DNA from: Eledone cirrhosa | Lineage: Eukaryota | Length of the DNA stretch: 64,000 nt | Direction of reading: 5' to 3' | Assembly: GCA_964016885.1 (NCBI GenBank) | Contig: OZ024741.1 | Coordinates: forward strand, 111,662,001-111,726,000 | Shown: positions 13,881-25,857 of the stretch, one piece after another | How positions within the stretch are numbered: position 1 is the first letter of the stretch | How the letters are laid out: each line of letters starts with the position of its first letter | Translations under genes and position numbers: made by a program | Notes under the pieces: generated by a model | The model's input: the letters and a program-made list of their open reading frames with translations, nothing else | The model's database searches: none | What the model was told of the DNA's origin: nothing

Positions 13881-14774
13881 AATTGATCCCACACGGAAAA
13901 TATTTACATCAGCAGACTCCTGGTTTCAAATATTTTTCTGGTATGAGAGCTGATGAGGGTGAAGATGTGTGTGTGATCTTGTCTTGTACATCGCCTTTCT
14001 TTATTTCCTTCTTCCAGTTACTTCTATGCACTGCACACTTCACTTCGCCCTCCTTCTCTCTCAACCTGTTTTATATTTCATCTGCCTGTCACCCGCCTCG
14101 TTGATTATCTCTCTTCCGACCACTGGTTGCTTGTCTCTATTCTCAGAGGCATATTTGCCCACCGCTGTTAATAACAGCATTTGGCTGTTTCAGCGGCTGT
14201 TCTAACGATTAGTTTTCTCATTTTTCTATGAATTATATATATATATATATACAGCTGTAGAAATGTGTAGAAATGCGTTGCGACGTCACAGGTGCCAAGC
14301 TATATCGGCTATTGCTTTACCCTTGGACAACATCGGTAGCGTGGAGAGGAGAGGCTGGTATGCATGGGTGACTGCTGGTCTACAATAAACAACCTTGCTC
14401 GGATTTGTGCGTCGGAGGGGAACTTTCTAGGTGCAAATCACATGGTCATTCGAGACCGAAGGAGAAGGGGGTCTTTACCATATATATATATATATATAAT
14501 TTTAATAGATTATCAAGGCGATGGTAGATTTAGTTTTGAAAACGCAGGAATCACAAATGCAGAAAATAACTCTAGCTCAATGGTTAGATCATTCGGTCGG
14601 AATTCGAAAGATATGGAGTTTGATTCTCTGTAGTGGCTAGTTTTTCCATCTTTAGGGTTATTTTACTCGATCTTCTAAACAATTATATAAAGCGATCGAC
14701 TATTGCTATAGTTATTTTCTACCTTTGGAACACCTATCGTAACTTACAAACATTGCAACTTTATAGTTTGATCA

Positions 14775-14848
14775 ATAGTAGTAGTTGAAGTGGTAGTAAT
14801 AGTTGAAGTAGTAAAAACATCATCATCATCATCATCAGTAGCAGCAGC

Positions 14849-14883
<35 letters not shown>
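14775..14883. repeat. Trinucleotide repeats (GTA/CAT/GCA/ATT)n
   Basis: Directly visible. Confidence 0.9.
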
Positions 14884-15080
14884 CGGTCTGTTCGGACGCT
14901 TTTTGCTTGCTCCCAGTAAGTCGCTTTATTTGCCTGTTAAAATTATTTGTTGTTAAATATTTCATGTTGTGTAAGGGATATAAGCCCTTAGACTTTGCTT
15001 GTGAAGGGGAAAGTATAATATTTGGGCCTTTTGGCCCAAATATTTGAACATTTTATTTTAAAGCCACGCCCCACAGCAAT

Positions 15081-17035
15081 ATGTCTGCTGTCGTCTGACA
15101 AGGGCGTAAAAGTTGAGAGGAGGGTTACAAACATTGTTACAACAGACACCACCACAAACAACGTGAACAAAGACAACACTGAGAACACTAATTTTGAAAA
15201 GATTACCACACCAACTACAACAATAACAGCGTCAACCAAAATACAGACAACAGAAAAAAATGACAATAAATGCAACAACGATATTAACACCACTAACAAG
15301 AAAATAAACAACGACAACACCAACAGCAACAATACAAATTACACCGAAAACAACAACAACGGTGGCACCAAAAACACAACCAACTACAACAGTGATAACA
15401 GCAACAACACCACCAACACCGTTCGTAGCAGTAGGAACAGCAACAACACCAACAACAAGACCAGTAGCGGCAGCAATTATGGTGCCGCTGAAAAAGGGGC
15501 CACTTCTTTCGCAGGTGTGGCCTGAAATATAGAAACAGTGCTAGTCACGGAGGAGGAGATGGCAGTCGCAATAGCCATGGTGTCGAGAAACGACAATAGA
15601 GTTTCCCTGAAACCTCCACCCGATTTCTTCAAAGACCAACAACTGCGACGTAAGCAAAATGTCGCATCGGATGGAGAGAGCCACGGAGGCTCAAATCCAA
15701 AAGGCCTTGGGGTGCGTCTGGGCGCGCAAAACCCACATTTACAGAGGCAAAAAGTACGGCACAGTAGACGTACTTTTCTCCACCCCCCAAGAGGCGAAGT
15801 CTCACTCTTTGGAAACCCTAAAGAGTAAGGAGATAGTCTTGGTGCCCTCCTACTGCGGGCAGAAAATTGTGAGGGTCAAAGTGACTCAGGTCCCGCCCGA
15901 CGTGCCCATACCTTGGCTGGCCGCTTATGCACTGGCTGGAATGGAGGAAAGGACCACCATACTGCAAAAACAGAGAATGGGAAGAGAGAACTGGTCAGGA
16001 ATAGACATGCAAATGCTAATACAGACTGACCAGGAGTGCATCGAGGCCATCTCGGACAGACATCATAGACCTCGAAGAAGGGCTCCAACTCCCTATAAGC
16101 GTGGAAGGAAGGCGCCCAAAGTGCTATCTCTGTGGGCAGAAGGGTCACCTCAGGGCCTTCTGCCCGAAGAAGACAGCCAAGAAGAGGGCCCCCCTCCTTC
16201 CGACGCCTGTACCACTGCTACCAAGAGCATGGCAGGCAACAGACGCAGAAGACCCTTCCATGGTGGTAGGAGGGCAACGTCCGTGGCACCCATACCAAGG
16301 CCACGGTCAACTTAAGCAGCGGCAGCAGTGGCGGCAACACCAACAGTCGCAGTAGCTACACCGGCAGTAAAATCTCCGGAGCGGGGTCCACTACCACCAC
16401 AAACAACAGTGGAGCTCATGCCCCTCCCGGACGCCCCGTGGTCTGACATGGAGTGTGAGGCGGGAGGGCTGTGGAAAATGGTCTGTCACAAAAAAGAAAA
16501 AAGAAAAAAACACCTTAGCTTCACCCTCCAAAAGCGAAGGCAGACAAAGAGGGGTAAAGGCTGCAAGGAGACTTGAAGCACCACCATCACCATCACCACC
16601 CCAAGCATCACCACCAACAACAACTACACCACCACTAGCATCACCAAAGACACCAACATCGCAAACTCAACAAAATACACACACCCAACAGCAACAACAA
16701 GAAAACAGCAACAAAATCGCCCCTTCTCCCACAAAAGTACACAGCCATAAACATGGCAAATAAAGAACCCATACAACATATAAAGCAGCACACAGACATC
16801 ACAGAAAAAAAACTACTACACTCCACCAACACCAAGAACTCTCCCGATAAACATAAACATCATTGAAATCAAAATAGAACATTACAAACTTTTAAAACAA
16901 AAATTCCCCAACGCAGTTGGAGACTTCAGAGGGTCGGTTACCAAGAGGATATACACCGACATCCTCTTGGAAACACCCATGACCAGCCAAAGGGACGGTT
17001 CTACTGTCCCTTCACCACACGATCAAGTTAAGTGA
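15081..17035 (+). pseudogene. Tx1 ORF1 (gag-like), frameshifted
   Basis: Asn/Thr-rich N-terminus, CYLCGQKGHLRAFC zinc knuckle, homologous to 23692-25822. Confidence 0.8.
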
Positions 17036-17051
17036 TCCTTTCTCATCCAAC

Positions 17052-20000
17052 ATGGTCGTACTTAGAATAGGCAGTATAAATGTACGTGGCCTGGGGTCAT
17101 CTTGGAAGCAGGGTCACCTGCTCAACGACCTCAGGTCACTAAACATAGATGTGGTGGCCATCAGCGAGACCAGAATCTCTGAAGCACGAGCCTTCGCACC
17201 GATCTTCGGCGGCTACCAGCCGTCCAGGATCGGGGGGAGGGGTTGCCGTGCTTTTTCGGAGAGAATTGGATCTCGCCATACGGGCCATCTTCCTGGACCC
17301 AGAAGGTAAGTCGGTGGTGCTTGACGTGACCGGCAGCGAAGGCAATGCTTTCAGGTTAGTATCCGTCTACGTCGCAACAGGGGCAGGACGGCCAGATTTC
17401 TTCAGACGTCTAGAGACCTTCCTTGGAACGTCCCGCTCTTTAGTGTTAGTGGGTGACTGGAACGGTATCTTAGGTGCACGCTGAGATTATGTGGGGCTAG
17501 TAGACAGGGAAGGAGGGGGTAAAAGCCTCAACAACCTGCTCAGACGTTTTGAACTGTCTGACAGGTATAGACTGGTTTATCCGAATGTGCCAATGTGGAC
17601 ATGGGCAAACCGCATCGAGTCATCCAGATGGTATTAGGATAGGGTGTTCTGTAGGGAAACAGATAAGGCTAGTGTAGGTTGTCCACAATTTAAAGTAGTC
17701 GACTACACTGACCACAAATTCGTGATCTGTGAAATTGACTTAGATAGACTCCATAGGCAAGGGCCCGGCTACTGGAAACTGTACGCGTCGTTCCCGGCGC
17801 GCAAAGCTTACAGCGAACGGATTAGCGAATTAGTTAAGCGTGCGTTGACGGGTGCGATCGTCAACAACAGGTGGTGGTTTACCCTGAAAAGGGCTATTAG
17901 AGTAGAATCGATAAGGTTTAGCAAAGGAGTAGTGATAGAGGAAAATAGAGTAGAGGGACAGTTAGTCAGAAAGCTAGAAGAGGCGTTTAGGACAGGCATC
18001 GCAACCGACGTGCTTGCGGCGAGATTGGCACTCGACCAATTCTTCAACGCAAAGCATGAAGGCTGCGTTGTCAGAGCTAGAGCGCGTGCTCTAAGACACG
18101 AGGGGACGAAAGCCGTTCAATGAGCCCGGGTGGTAGAGGCGCGACGTGGCAACAAGTCCACAATTCGGTCTTTGCCTGATCAAAACGGGCGCATGTTGCT
18201 CGAAGCCGAGCAGATGTGTGTGGCTTTTCAACATCACTTTGCTCAATTGTTCGGGAGCGGCGGCGGGCCGGGTCGGAGTATGGATTTCGGGCCATACCTC
18301 GACGGACTGCCGCGGATCTCGACGACCACAGCGCAGTGCTGCGAAAAGTCGATAACAGCAGGTGAAATACGAGGCGCGATGTCTGACTGCACCGGGGGTA
18401 AATCGCCAGGTTTGGATAGTTTGCCCTACGAGCTTTATGCGTATATGCCAGACTTGTTCGGCGACCTCTTAGCAGATGTCTACTGCAACTGGCAGCAGAA
18501 CGGGAACATTCCCAGTTTTGCGAGCCGGGGAGCGGTGGCGCTGCTGAGAAAAGACCCGAACAAGCGGGACGTTATAGACAACTTCAGGCCCATAACTGCT
18601 AAACACAGAGTTTACGATTTTGGCCAAGGTGTTAGCAAAGAGATTGGCGCTTGTCGTCGGTGATCTGGTGGGAGAGGCGCATACATGCGCCATTCCGGAC
18701 AGATCCATCCACGACAACCTCCATCTCATGCGATACATCATAGAGAGAGTGGTTAAGGAACCTGGCACGGGTGGGGCCCTGATCAACTTGGATCAATCTA
18801 AAGCATTTGATAGGGTCGACTATCGGTACCTGGCTGCGGTCCTCGAGGCGGCCGGCTTCGGGCCCGTTTTAGGGGCTGGATCGCTGCGATGCACAGCGAC
18901 ATCTGCTCGATTGTGAGGGTGAATGGTCACCTGTCGCAGCCTTTACGAATCATGCTCTCGCTCCGACAGGGTTGCCCCTCTCGTCCCTCTTGTACATACT
19001 GGCCCTCGAGCCATTACTGCACAAATTAGAGACGATGAAGGGTGTCCCACGCGATCTGGGATGCGGGAGATCCGTGTCAGCTTACGCAGACGACGTCACC
19101 GCGGTGGTGTCGAGCACCAAACACGTCCAGATGCTCGGCACCGCTCTCAAGGAATACGAAGCGGTAACAGGAGCAAAGATAAATCAGGAAAAGTCGGTGG
19201 GCTTGCAACTCGGCACCTGGAGAGGCAGACCCATGCCGTCCGACAGCGTCGTGGGGCGCTGGACGGAAGGACCGGTTAATTGCTCGGGGTATGGTTCGGT
19301 CCGGACCTCTAGATGGAGAAAAACTGGAGCGAGGTGACGAGCAGGGTGGCCTCTCTCACTCAGAAATGGGCCGAGGGGAAGCTGTCTCTGAAAGATCGGG
19401 CGGAGGTGGCGAATGCGTACATAGCGTCCGTCATCTGCTACCGCCTGACCGTCGTACCTTGCCCCCGCCCAACTGACCAAAATGGAGCGCCTTCTCTTCC
19501 GGTTTTTGTGGAAGGGACGTGCTCCCATGGTCAGACGATCCATTTGCTGTCAAAACCCGTTGCGTGGAGGACTAGGTATGCCGTGGCTGATGATGCGCAA
19601 ACATGCGCTGAGCCTGCGACATCTCTGGTGCTTCCTTGACGGTGAACAGGTCTGGTCGCCGTATGCCAGACGTGCTTTTCCCCAGCTCGTCTCCAGGAGC
19701 TGCAGTCCTGGATCAGGAAAAGACCGAGGGATAGCGCTTGGGAGCTGGAATGTCTCCAAGCGCTCACCACCCTCTACCGTTGGGCACTAGTATCGGTGGA
19801 ACATCCACCTCGGCGTTCTATAGAGGGCTAGTATAGGGAAAGAGTGACGACGTTCTCGGGGAGACCCTGGGCGTCGAAGACGATCAGCTGTTCGCTCTCT
19901 TCAAGAGAACTTTCAGACCGGGACCTATGGACAACTTCCAGAAATCCCTGGCCTGGCAGTGCTACCGGGTAGAGTTGCCAATTCGGGATAAGCTCTACAG

Positions 20001-20448
20001 GCATGGAGGTGCTGTCAGCCGAGCCTGTCCGAGATGCGCCCAGGGCGACGAAACCGTCCTGGACGCACTCGTTCACTGCCTGAGGATTTCTGAATTGTGG
20101 AGCTATGTCGAACAGCTGCTGTCGCGTGTAGGACGGATCCGGTTATCGACTGAGTCCATTGTGCAGATAGACCCGCCATCCTCCTTTAAAGAGGAGGAAG
20201 GGCAGGCAGTTTTCATCTGCCTGGTGGCAATGGCGAAAGAGATTGTGTGGTGGACAAGATTGAAAGGGTTGAAGACGGACACTTTCCTCTTCGGCCAATC
20301 CCTGATTAACTTTTTCAAGTTTCACTTGAAGAGGAAAAACAGGGTGGAGAGGCAAGTGCTATCTTCTAGTAAGTTTGTTGAAAGGTTGGTGAAAGTGGCG
20401 AGTCTTGTCCGAGTGAACAGGCCCGCTCTGAGTATAATACGCCTGTAG
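17052..20448 (+). pseudogene. Tx1 ORF2 (AP endonuclease, RT, C-terminal zinc finger), many frameshifts
   Basis: GSINVRGL, SETR, GDWN, TDHK, KSPGLD, DQSKAFDRV, AYADD, CPRC...H..C. Confidence 0.9.
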
Positions 20449-20710
20449 ACTGAGGAGTGGGAAAAGTGAGAGAGGCGCTTGCCTTGGTGGTCAGGGTGGC
20501 CGTGGTCTTTTGTGTAGTTTTCACCACGAGTGACCCTCGGAGATTTCCCCCTTCTTGGGGAATTTTTGTTGTTTGAATTTTTGGGGATTTCTAGCCCGAT
20601 TTTGTTATAACCTGTTTACACGACCAAAACCCACTTTGTATCGTCCTGTACTGTTCTGTGCCGTCTCTAATGTTTTTCTTCGTGTCAGCCCTTGTGGCCA
20701 ATAAAGAAAC

Positions 20711-21836
20711 CATTGATATTATTTAACTGGAAAGTTTGTTGAAATGAATATCAAGCCGCTGCCTGCAGCCTCAGATATTCAGGACGTATCCGAGGGTTCT
20801 TGCTGATCCCAGCAAGCATGCCTTTTGAAGTGTTCCAAAAAGCGGGGCTGGACTAATCTTCTTTAACCATCCTTGGAAACTCTTTGAGATAATACCTAGT
20901 GCGCCTATGACAATCGGGACGACCTTGATTTCATGGCAGTTCCAAATCCTTTTTAACTCCCACTTTAAATTCTGGTATCGGTTAATTTTCTCCCTCTCCT
21001 TTTCTTGCACTCTCGTGTCAAATAGGCAGGCTACATCTACAATCAGGCACGATCTTTTTTCCTTGTCCAAAACCACCAGGTCAGGCCTATTGTGTTCTAA
21101 TTTTTGTCCGTCTGTATCCTAAAACCCCATAGTACCTTCACCTGATCGTTTTCTATCACCGACTCTGGCTTATGCTCATACCACTTCTCAGAATGTGGTA
21201 AATTGTTTACTTTGCATAGATACCAGTGGATCACCCTGCCTATCACATCATGTCTCCAGCCTTTATAGTGAGTCTCGGCTAGGTGTTAAAACTCGGATAC
21301 AATGTGAACCACAGTCTCCTCTCTCTCCACAGATCCTACACAGTGAGCTAGCCTCCTCCTTGTAAATATGGTGTTTCACTCACTTTGTTCTGAGGGCTTG
21401 CTCTTGCGCAGACATTAGCATTTCTTCTGTAGCTTTTTTAAGGTCTCCTCTTTTTAACCAGTTCCATGTCTGTGGATCTCTAAATTCCGTTTTCTTAAAG
21501 AAGGTACTATGAAGGGATTTTTCATGAAGGTTGTTCTTCCTCCTTGTTGTTATTTCCTCCTTGGACATCCCCTGGTCTATTGTCTTCTCCTTCAGTACAA
21601 TTTTGAGCATTGGCTCCTTACTGTCAGTCACATATTTGTGCAGGTTGTTTTTCTCCATCTGAACACAGTCCTCTATGCTGATAGAACCTCTTCCACCTTC
21701 AGATCTCTTTAAGTAGAATCTATCGACATCACTCCTCTTGTGGAATATGTTGTAGATAGTCAATAGCTTCCTAGTCTTCCTATCCATTTCTTTTTGTTCA
21801 GCAGCATTCCATTTCAGAATTCCCACACTGTACCTA
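20711..21836 (-). mobile_element. R4/Dong-clade LINE 3' fragment, copy 1
   Basis: RLYL.RSEGGRG, AQEQAL, RHD and PD..D..K restriction-like endonuclease motifs; close paralogue of copy 2. Confidence 0.88.
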
Positions 21837-21855
21837 ATTATTATTATTATTATTA

Positions 21856-22035
21856 TTGGCAGTATCGGTAGAGGGTCAAACGCCATGCTTTGCAGCAAAG
21901 AGTTACCGCCCTTTATGGTCTGAGTTCAAATCCTGCCGAGGTTAACTTTGCCTTTCATCCTTACGGGTTAGATAAAATAAAGTACCAGTAATGTATTGGG
22001 TAATTGCTGGCCTTGTGCCAAAAAGTAGCAACAAT
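21856..22035 (+). mobile_element. SINE family A within (ATT)n
   Basis: Family consensus with (ATT)n on both sides. Confidence 0.9.
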
Positions 22036-22064
22036 TATTATTATTATTATTATTATTGTTATTA

Positions 22065-23461
22065 CTCTTTGAGTCTCAGTCATTGATGTTAGTTAACTGG
22101 AAAGTTTGTTGAGATGAATATCAAGCCACTACCTGCAGCCTCAGATATTCAGGACGTATCGGAGGGTTCTTGCTGTTCCTAGCAAGCATGCCTTTTGAAG
22201 CGTTCCAAAAAGCGTGAAGGGGCCAATTTTCTTTAACCATCCCTGGAAACTTTTTGAGATAGTCCCTAGTGCGCCTATGACAATCGGGATCACTTTGACT
22301 TCATGGCAGTTCCAAATCCTTTTTACCTCCCACTTTAAGTCCTGGTATCGGTTAATTTTCTCCCTCTCCTTCTCTTGCACTCTCGTGTCGAATGGGCAGG
22401 CCACATCCACAATCATGCACGATCTTTTTTCTTTGTCCAAAACCACCAGGTCAGGTCTATTGTGTTCCAGTTTCTTGTCGGTCTGTATCCTAAAATCCCA
22501 CAGCACCTTCACCTGATCGTTTTCTATCACCGCCTCTGGCTTATGCTCACACCACTTCTCAGAATGTGGTAAATTGTTTACTTTGCATAGGTGCCAGTGG
22601 ATCACCCTGCCCATCACATCATGTCTCCAGCCCTTATAGTGAGTCTGGGCTAGGTGTTTACACTCGGATACAATGTGAGCCACAGTCTCCTCTCTCTCTC
22701 CACCGATCCTGCACAGTGGGCTAGCCTCCTCCTTGTAAATGTGGTGTTTCAACCACTTCGTTTTGAGGGCCTGCTCCTGCGCAGCCATTAACATTCCTTC
22801 TGTAGCCTTTTTAAGGTCTCCTCTTTTCAACCAGTTCCATGTCTGTGGATCTCTAAATTCAGTTTTCTCAAAGAAGGTACTATGAAGGGATTTTTCCTGA
22901 AGGCTGCTCTTTCTCCTTGATGTTATTTCCTCCTTGGACATCCCCTGGCCTATTGTCCCCTCCTTCAGTACAGCTCTGAGCATTGGCTCCTTACTATCAG
23001 TCACGTATTTGTGTAGGTTGTTTTTCTCCATCTGAACACAGTCCTCTATGCTGATAAGACCTCTTCCACCCTCAGATCTCCTTAAGTAGAGCCTATCGAC
23101 ATCACTCCTCTTGTGGAACATATTGTAGATAGTCAATAGCTTCCTAGTCTTCCTATCCATTTCTTTTTGTTCAGCAACATTCCATCTCAGAATTCCCGCA
23201 CTGTACCTAATAATAGACACAGCTCGGGAATTTACTGCACTTATGGCATTCCTGCTGTTCAGATGTGACTTTAATACGCTCCTTACTCTCCAAAGGTATT
23301 CAGTTCTTATCAATTCCTTCATTTTTTTGTTCTTGATGTCATCAGCCTCCAGAACGCCCAGATACTTGTATCCTTCTTCAGAGTCAATTTCTTTTATCTG
23401 TATCCTTCTTCAGAGTCAATTTCTTTTATCTGTATCCTTCTTCAGAGTCAATTTCTTTTAT
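22065..23461 (-). mobile_element. R4/Dong-clade LINE 3' fragment, copy 2 (393-aa open frame, 22141-23322)
   Basis: YKYLG thumb region, degenerate CCHC (CRIGG..ETVAHIVSEC), RHD, RPDLVV..D.ACPFD..KE.EK..RY; (AAT)n tail. Confidence 0.9.
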
Positions 23462-23691
23462 TATTATTATTATTATTGAATGCTATGGTTGACGGAGGCT
23501 CGGCTCTGTAAGGTATTGTAAATTTTGACCGCTATAACAATTGTAAATTGTTTAAAACTTTAACCAAATTGTAGACAAACACACCCTCCTCCTCGTGAGA
23601 GGGGTCTTTCTGCCCGTTATTTGGCCCTTCGGGGTTAAATAACTGCTTATTGGGGTTTTGTGCCCAATATTTATTTTAAACAAAAAACAAC

Positions 23692-25822
23692 ATGGCTACG
23701 AAAAAGAATTTTCATAGGTCACTCCCACTCATTCCGTCTTCTTCTTCCTCAATCGTCACTACAACAGAGAGAAGATTGTCTCTCTCCCTCCCTTCTTTAA
23801 ATGTGTCTCCCTCCCTCCCTTCTCTTTCGCAAGCGACGACAGAAAAGAAAAATCTCGTGCAAAGCGTGCAAGATTTCTCCACGACGACGACGACAACGAC
23901 GAAACAGGTGTGCGGGAAATACGAAAACCCATTTCATTCGTCTGACGTCAGGAATAATAGCAGTAGCAGCCGTAATAACAACAGCAACAGTGACAAGGAA
24001 AACAACAGTAGCAGCCGCAACAGCAACAGCAGCAGCATAAACAACAACAACATTAGCAGCAACAACAACAGCAGCAGCAGCAACAACAACAACAGCCACA
24101 GCAACAGCGGCGCCGGCAGTAGTCGTAGTACCTGCAGCAACAACAAAAGTAACAGCAGCTCTGACGACGACAACAACAACAACAGCAGCAAAGAAAAACC
24201 AATCTCGTTTGCAGGTATCGCAAAGAACCTGGAAACCATCCTCATAACAAATGAGGAATTAGAGGAAGCGAAGAAGATGGTGACAAAAGCTGGACACTGA
24301 GCAATCTGCAAGGCAGCCGAAAAATTTTTTCTAAACCCAACAGCACTGTACGGTCACGTACCGTACAGTAAGTACAAAATCCCGTAGGGTTGAAAGAGCC
24401 ACAGAGGCTCAAATACAAAAAGCCTTGGGGTCTGTGTGGCAGCGGAAAACGCACATCACCCGAGGCAAAAAATATGCCACCGTAGACGTACTTTTTGCCA
24501 CACCCCAGGAGGCAAAGGATCAATCCTTAGTGACCCTAAGGAGCGAGGAAATGGTGTTGGTGCCCTCCTACTGCGGGCAAAAAATTGTGAGGGTCAAACT
24601 GACCCACGCCCCCCACGGGATGGCACCTTCATGGCTGGCCGCGCCTGTCCTCGTCGGAATCGAGGACAAAACAACTGTACTGCAAGTACAGAAAAAAGTA
24701 AGAGAAGATTGGGTCGGCACCTCCATTGAGATGTTAATCCAAACCAACCAGGAGTGCATCGATGCTATCCCGGATGTGATAGACTTCGATAACGGCACTC
24801 AATTTCCCATAAGTGTTGAGGGCAAACGCCCGAAATGCTTTCGCTGTGGATCGAAGACACACCTCAGGGCCTTCTGCAACGAGAAGACCCTGAGAAAGGA
24901 GAAAACCCCCCTCCTTCCGAAACCGGTTCCACGGCTACCAGCAACAGAACAAGCGGCAACCAGGAACGATAGGTCCGTGGCACCCATACCCACGCCACGG
25001 AAATCAAAAACAGCAGCAGCAGTGGAAGTATTAACAACAACAACAGCAATACCAAATGCAGCTGCAACAGAGACTCCAGTGCAAACATCACCAACAACAA
25101 CAAGTGAAAGAGTGGAGCTGGTACCCCTCCCCGACCTCACAGAATCAGACATGGAGTGTGAGGTGGGAGAGGGATGGCAAAAGGTCGTAAGAAGGCACAA
25201 ACGCAGAAGCAGCGCATCGTCGCCTTCGAAAAGAGAGGAAAGAAATGAAAAAAGGGTAAAGGCTACTGCAAAGAGACTCACAGCAGCCACACCACCAACA
25301 CCATCACCACCCACACTAGCACCACCATCACCACCGGCGACAACCCCACCGCCAACAACAACAACACCTTCAACACCACCACCACAAGCACCAACATCGC
25401 AAACACAACAACAAAACACACACACCCAGCAACAACGACAAGAAAATAGCAGAACCACACCCCACCCCCAGAAAAACAAATGCACAGCAATAAATACACA
25501 CAACAAGAAACTAATGACTTACATAATTGAACACACAGACATTTCACAACACGACTACATAATACCAGGACCAATCAAAACGCCAACTAACATAAGACTG
25601 CTAAAAATAGCACAGAAACAATACACAAACATTAAAACGAAATTCCCCAACGCAGTTGGTGATTTCAGAGACCTAGGAGGGACTCTCAATCGAAGAGTAT
25701 ATTCGGACATACTCATAGAAGAGCCGACGACCAGCCGAAGGGACGATTCAACGGTCCCTTCACCAGACGATCAAGTGAAAAGGGATGGAAAAACCATCCC
25801 TCCTCTACGAAAAGTACGGTAA
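23692..25822 (+). pseudogene. Tx1 ORF1, interrupted near 24300
   Basis: Ser/Asn-rich N-terminus, CFRCGSKTHLRAFC knuckle, Pro/Thr-rich tail. Confidence 0.85.
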
Positions 25823-25857
25823 GTGGTCTTTCCCATCTTTTCCACTCTATTTTAAAC

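Larger units (their letters stand above)
14884..20710 (+). mobile_element. Tx1-clade (L1 group) non-LTR retrotransposon, copy A, near full length, degenerate
   Basis: ORF1 with a CCHC knuckle, ORF2 with APE-RT-zinc finger, 3' end aataaagaaa; preceded by (ATT)n. Confidence 0.9.

Noticed and set aside
14572-14635. tRNA-like sequence with A and B boxes
   Set aside because: No complete cloverleaf; more likely a decayed SINE head
23797-25574. Hydrophobic poly-Leu/Val ORFs on the minus strand (also 14988-15332)
   Set aside because: Antisense shadows of the low-complexity Tx1 ORF1
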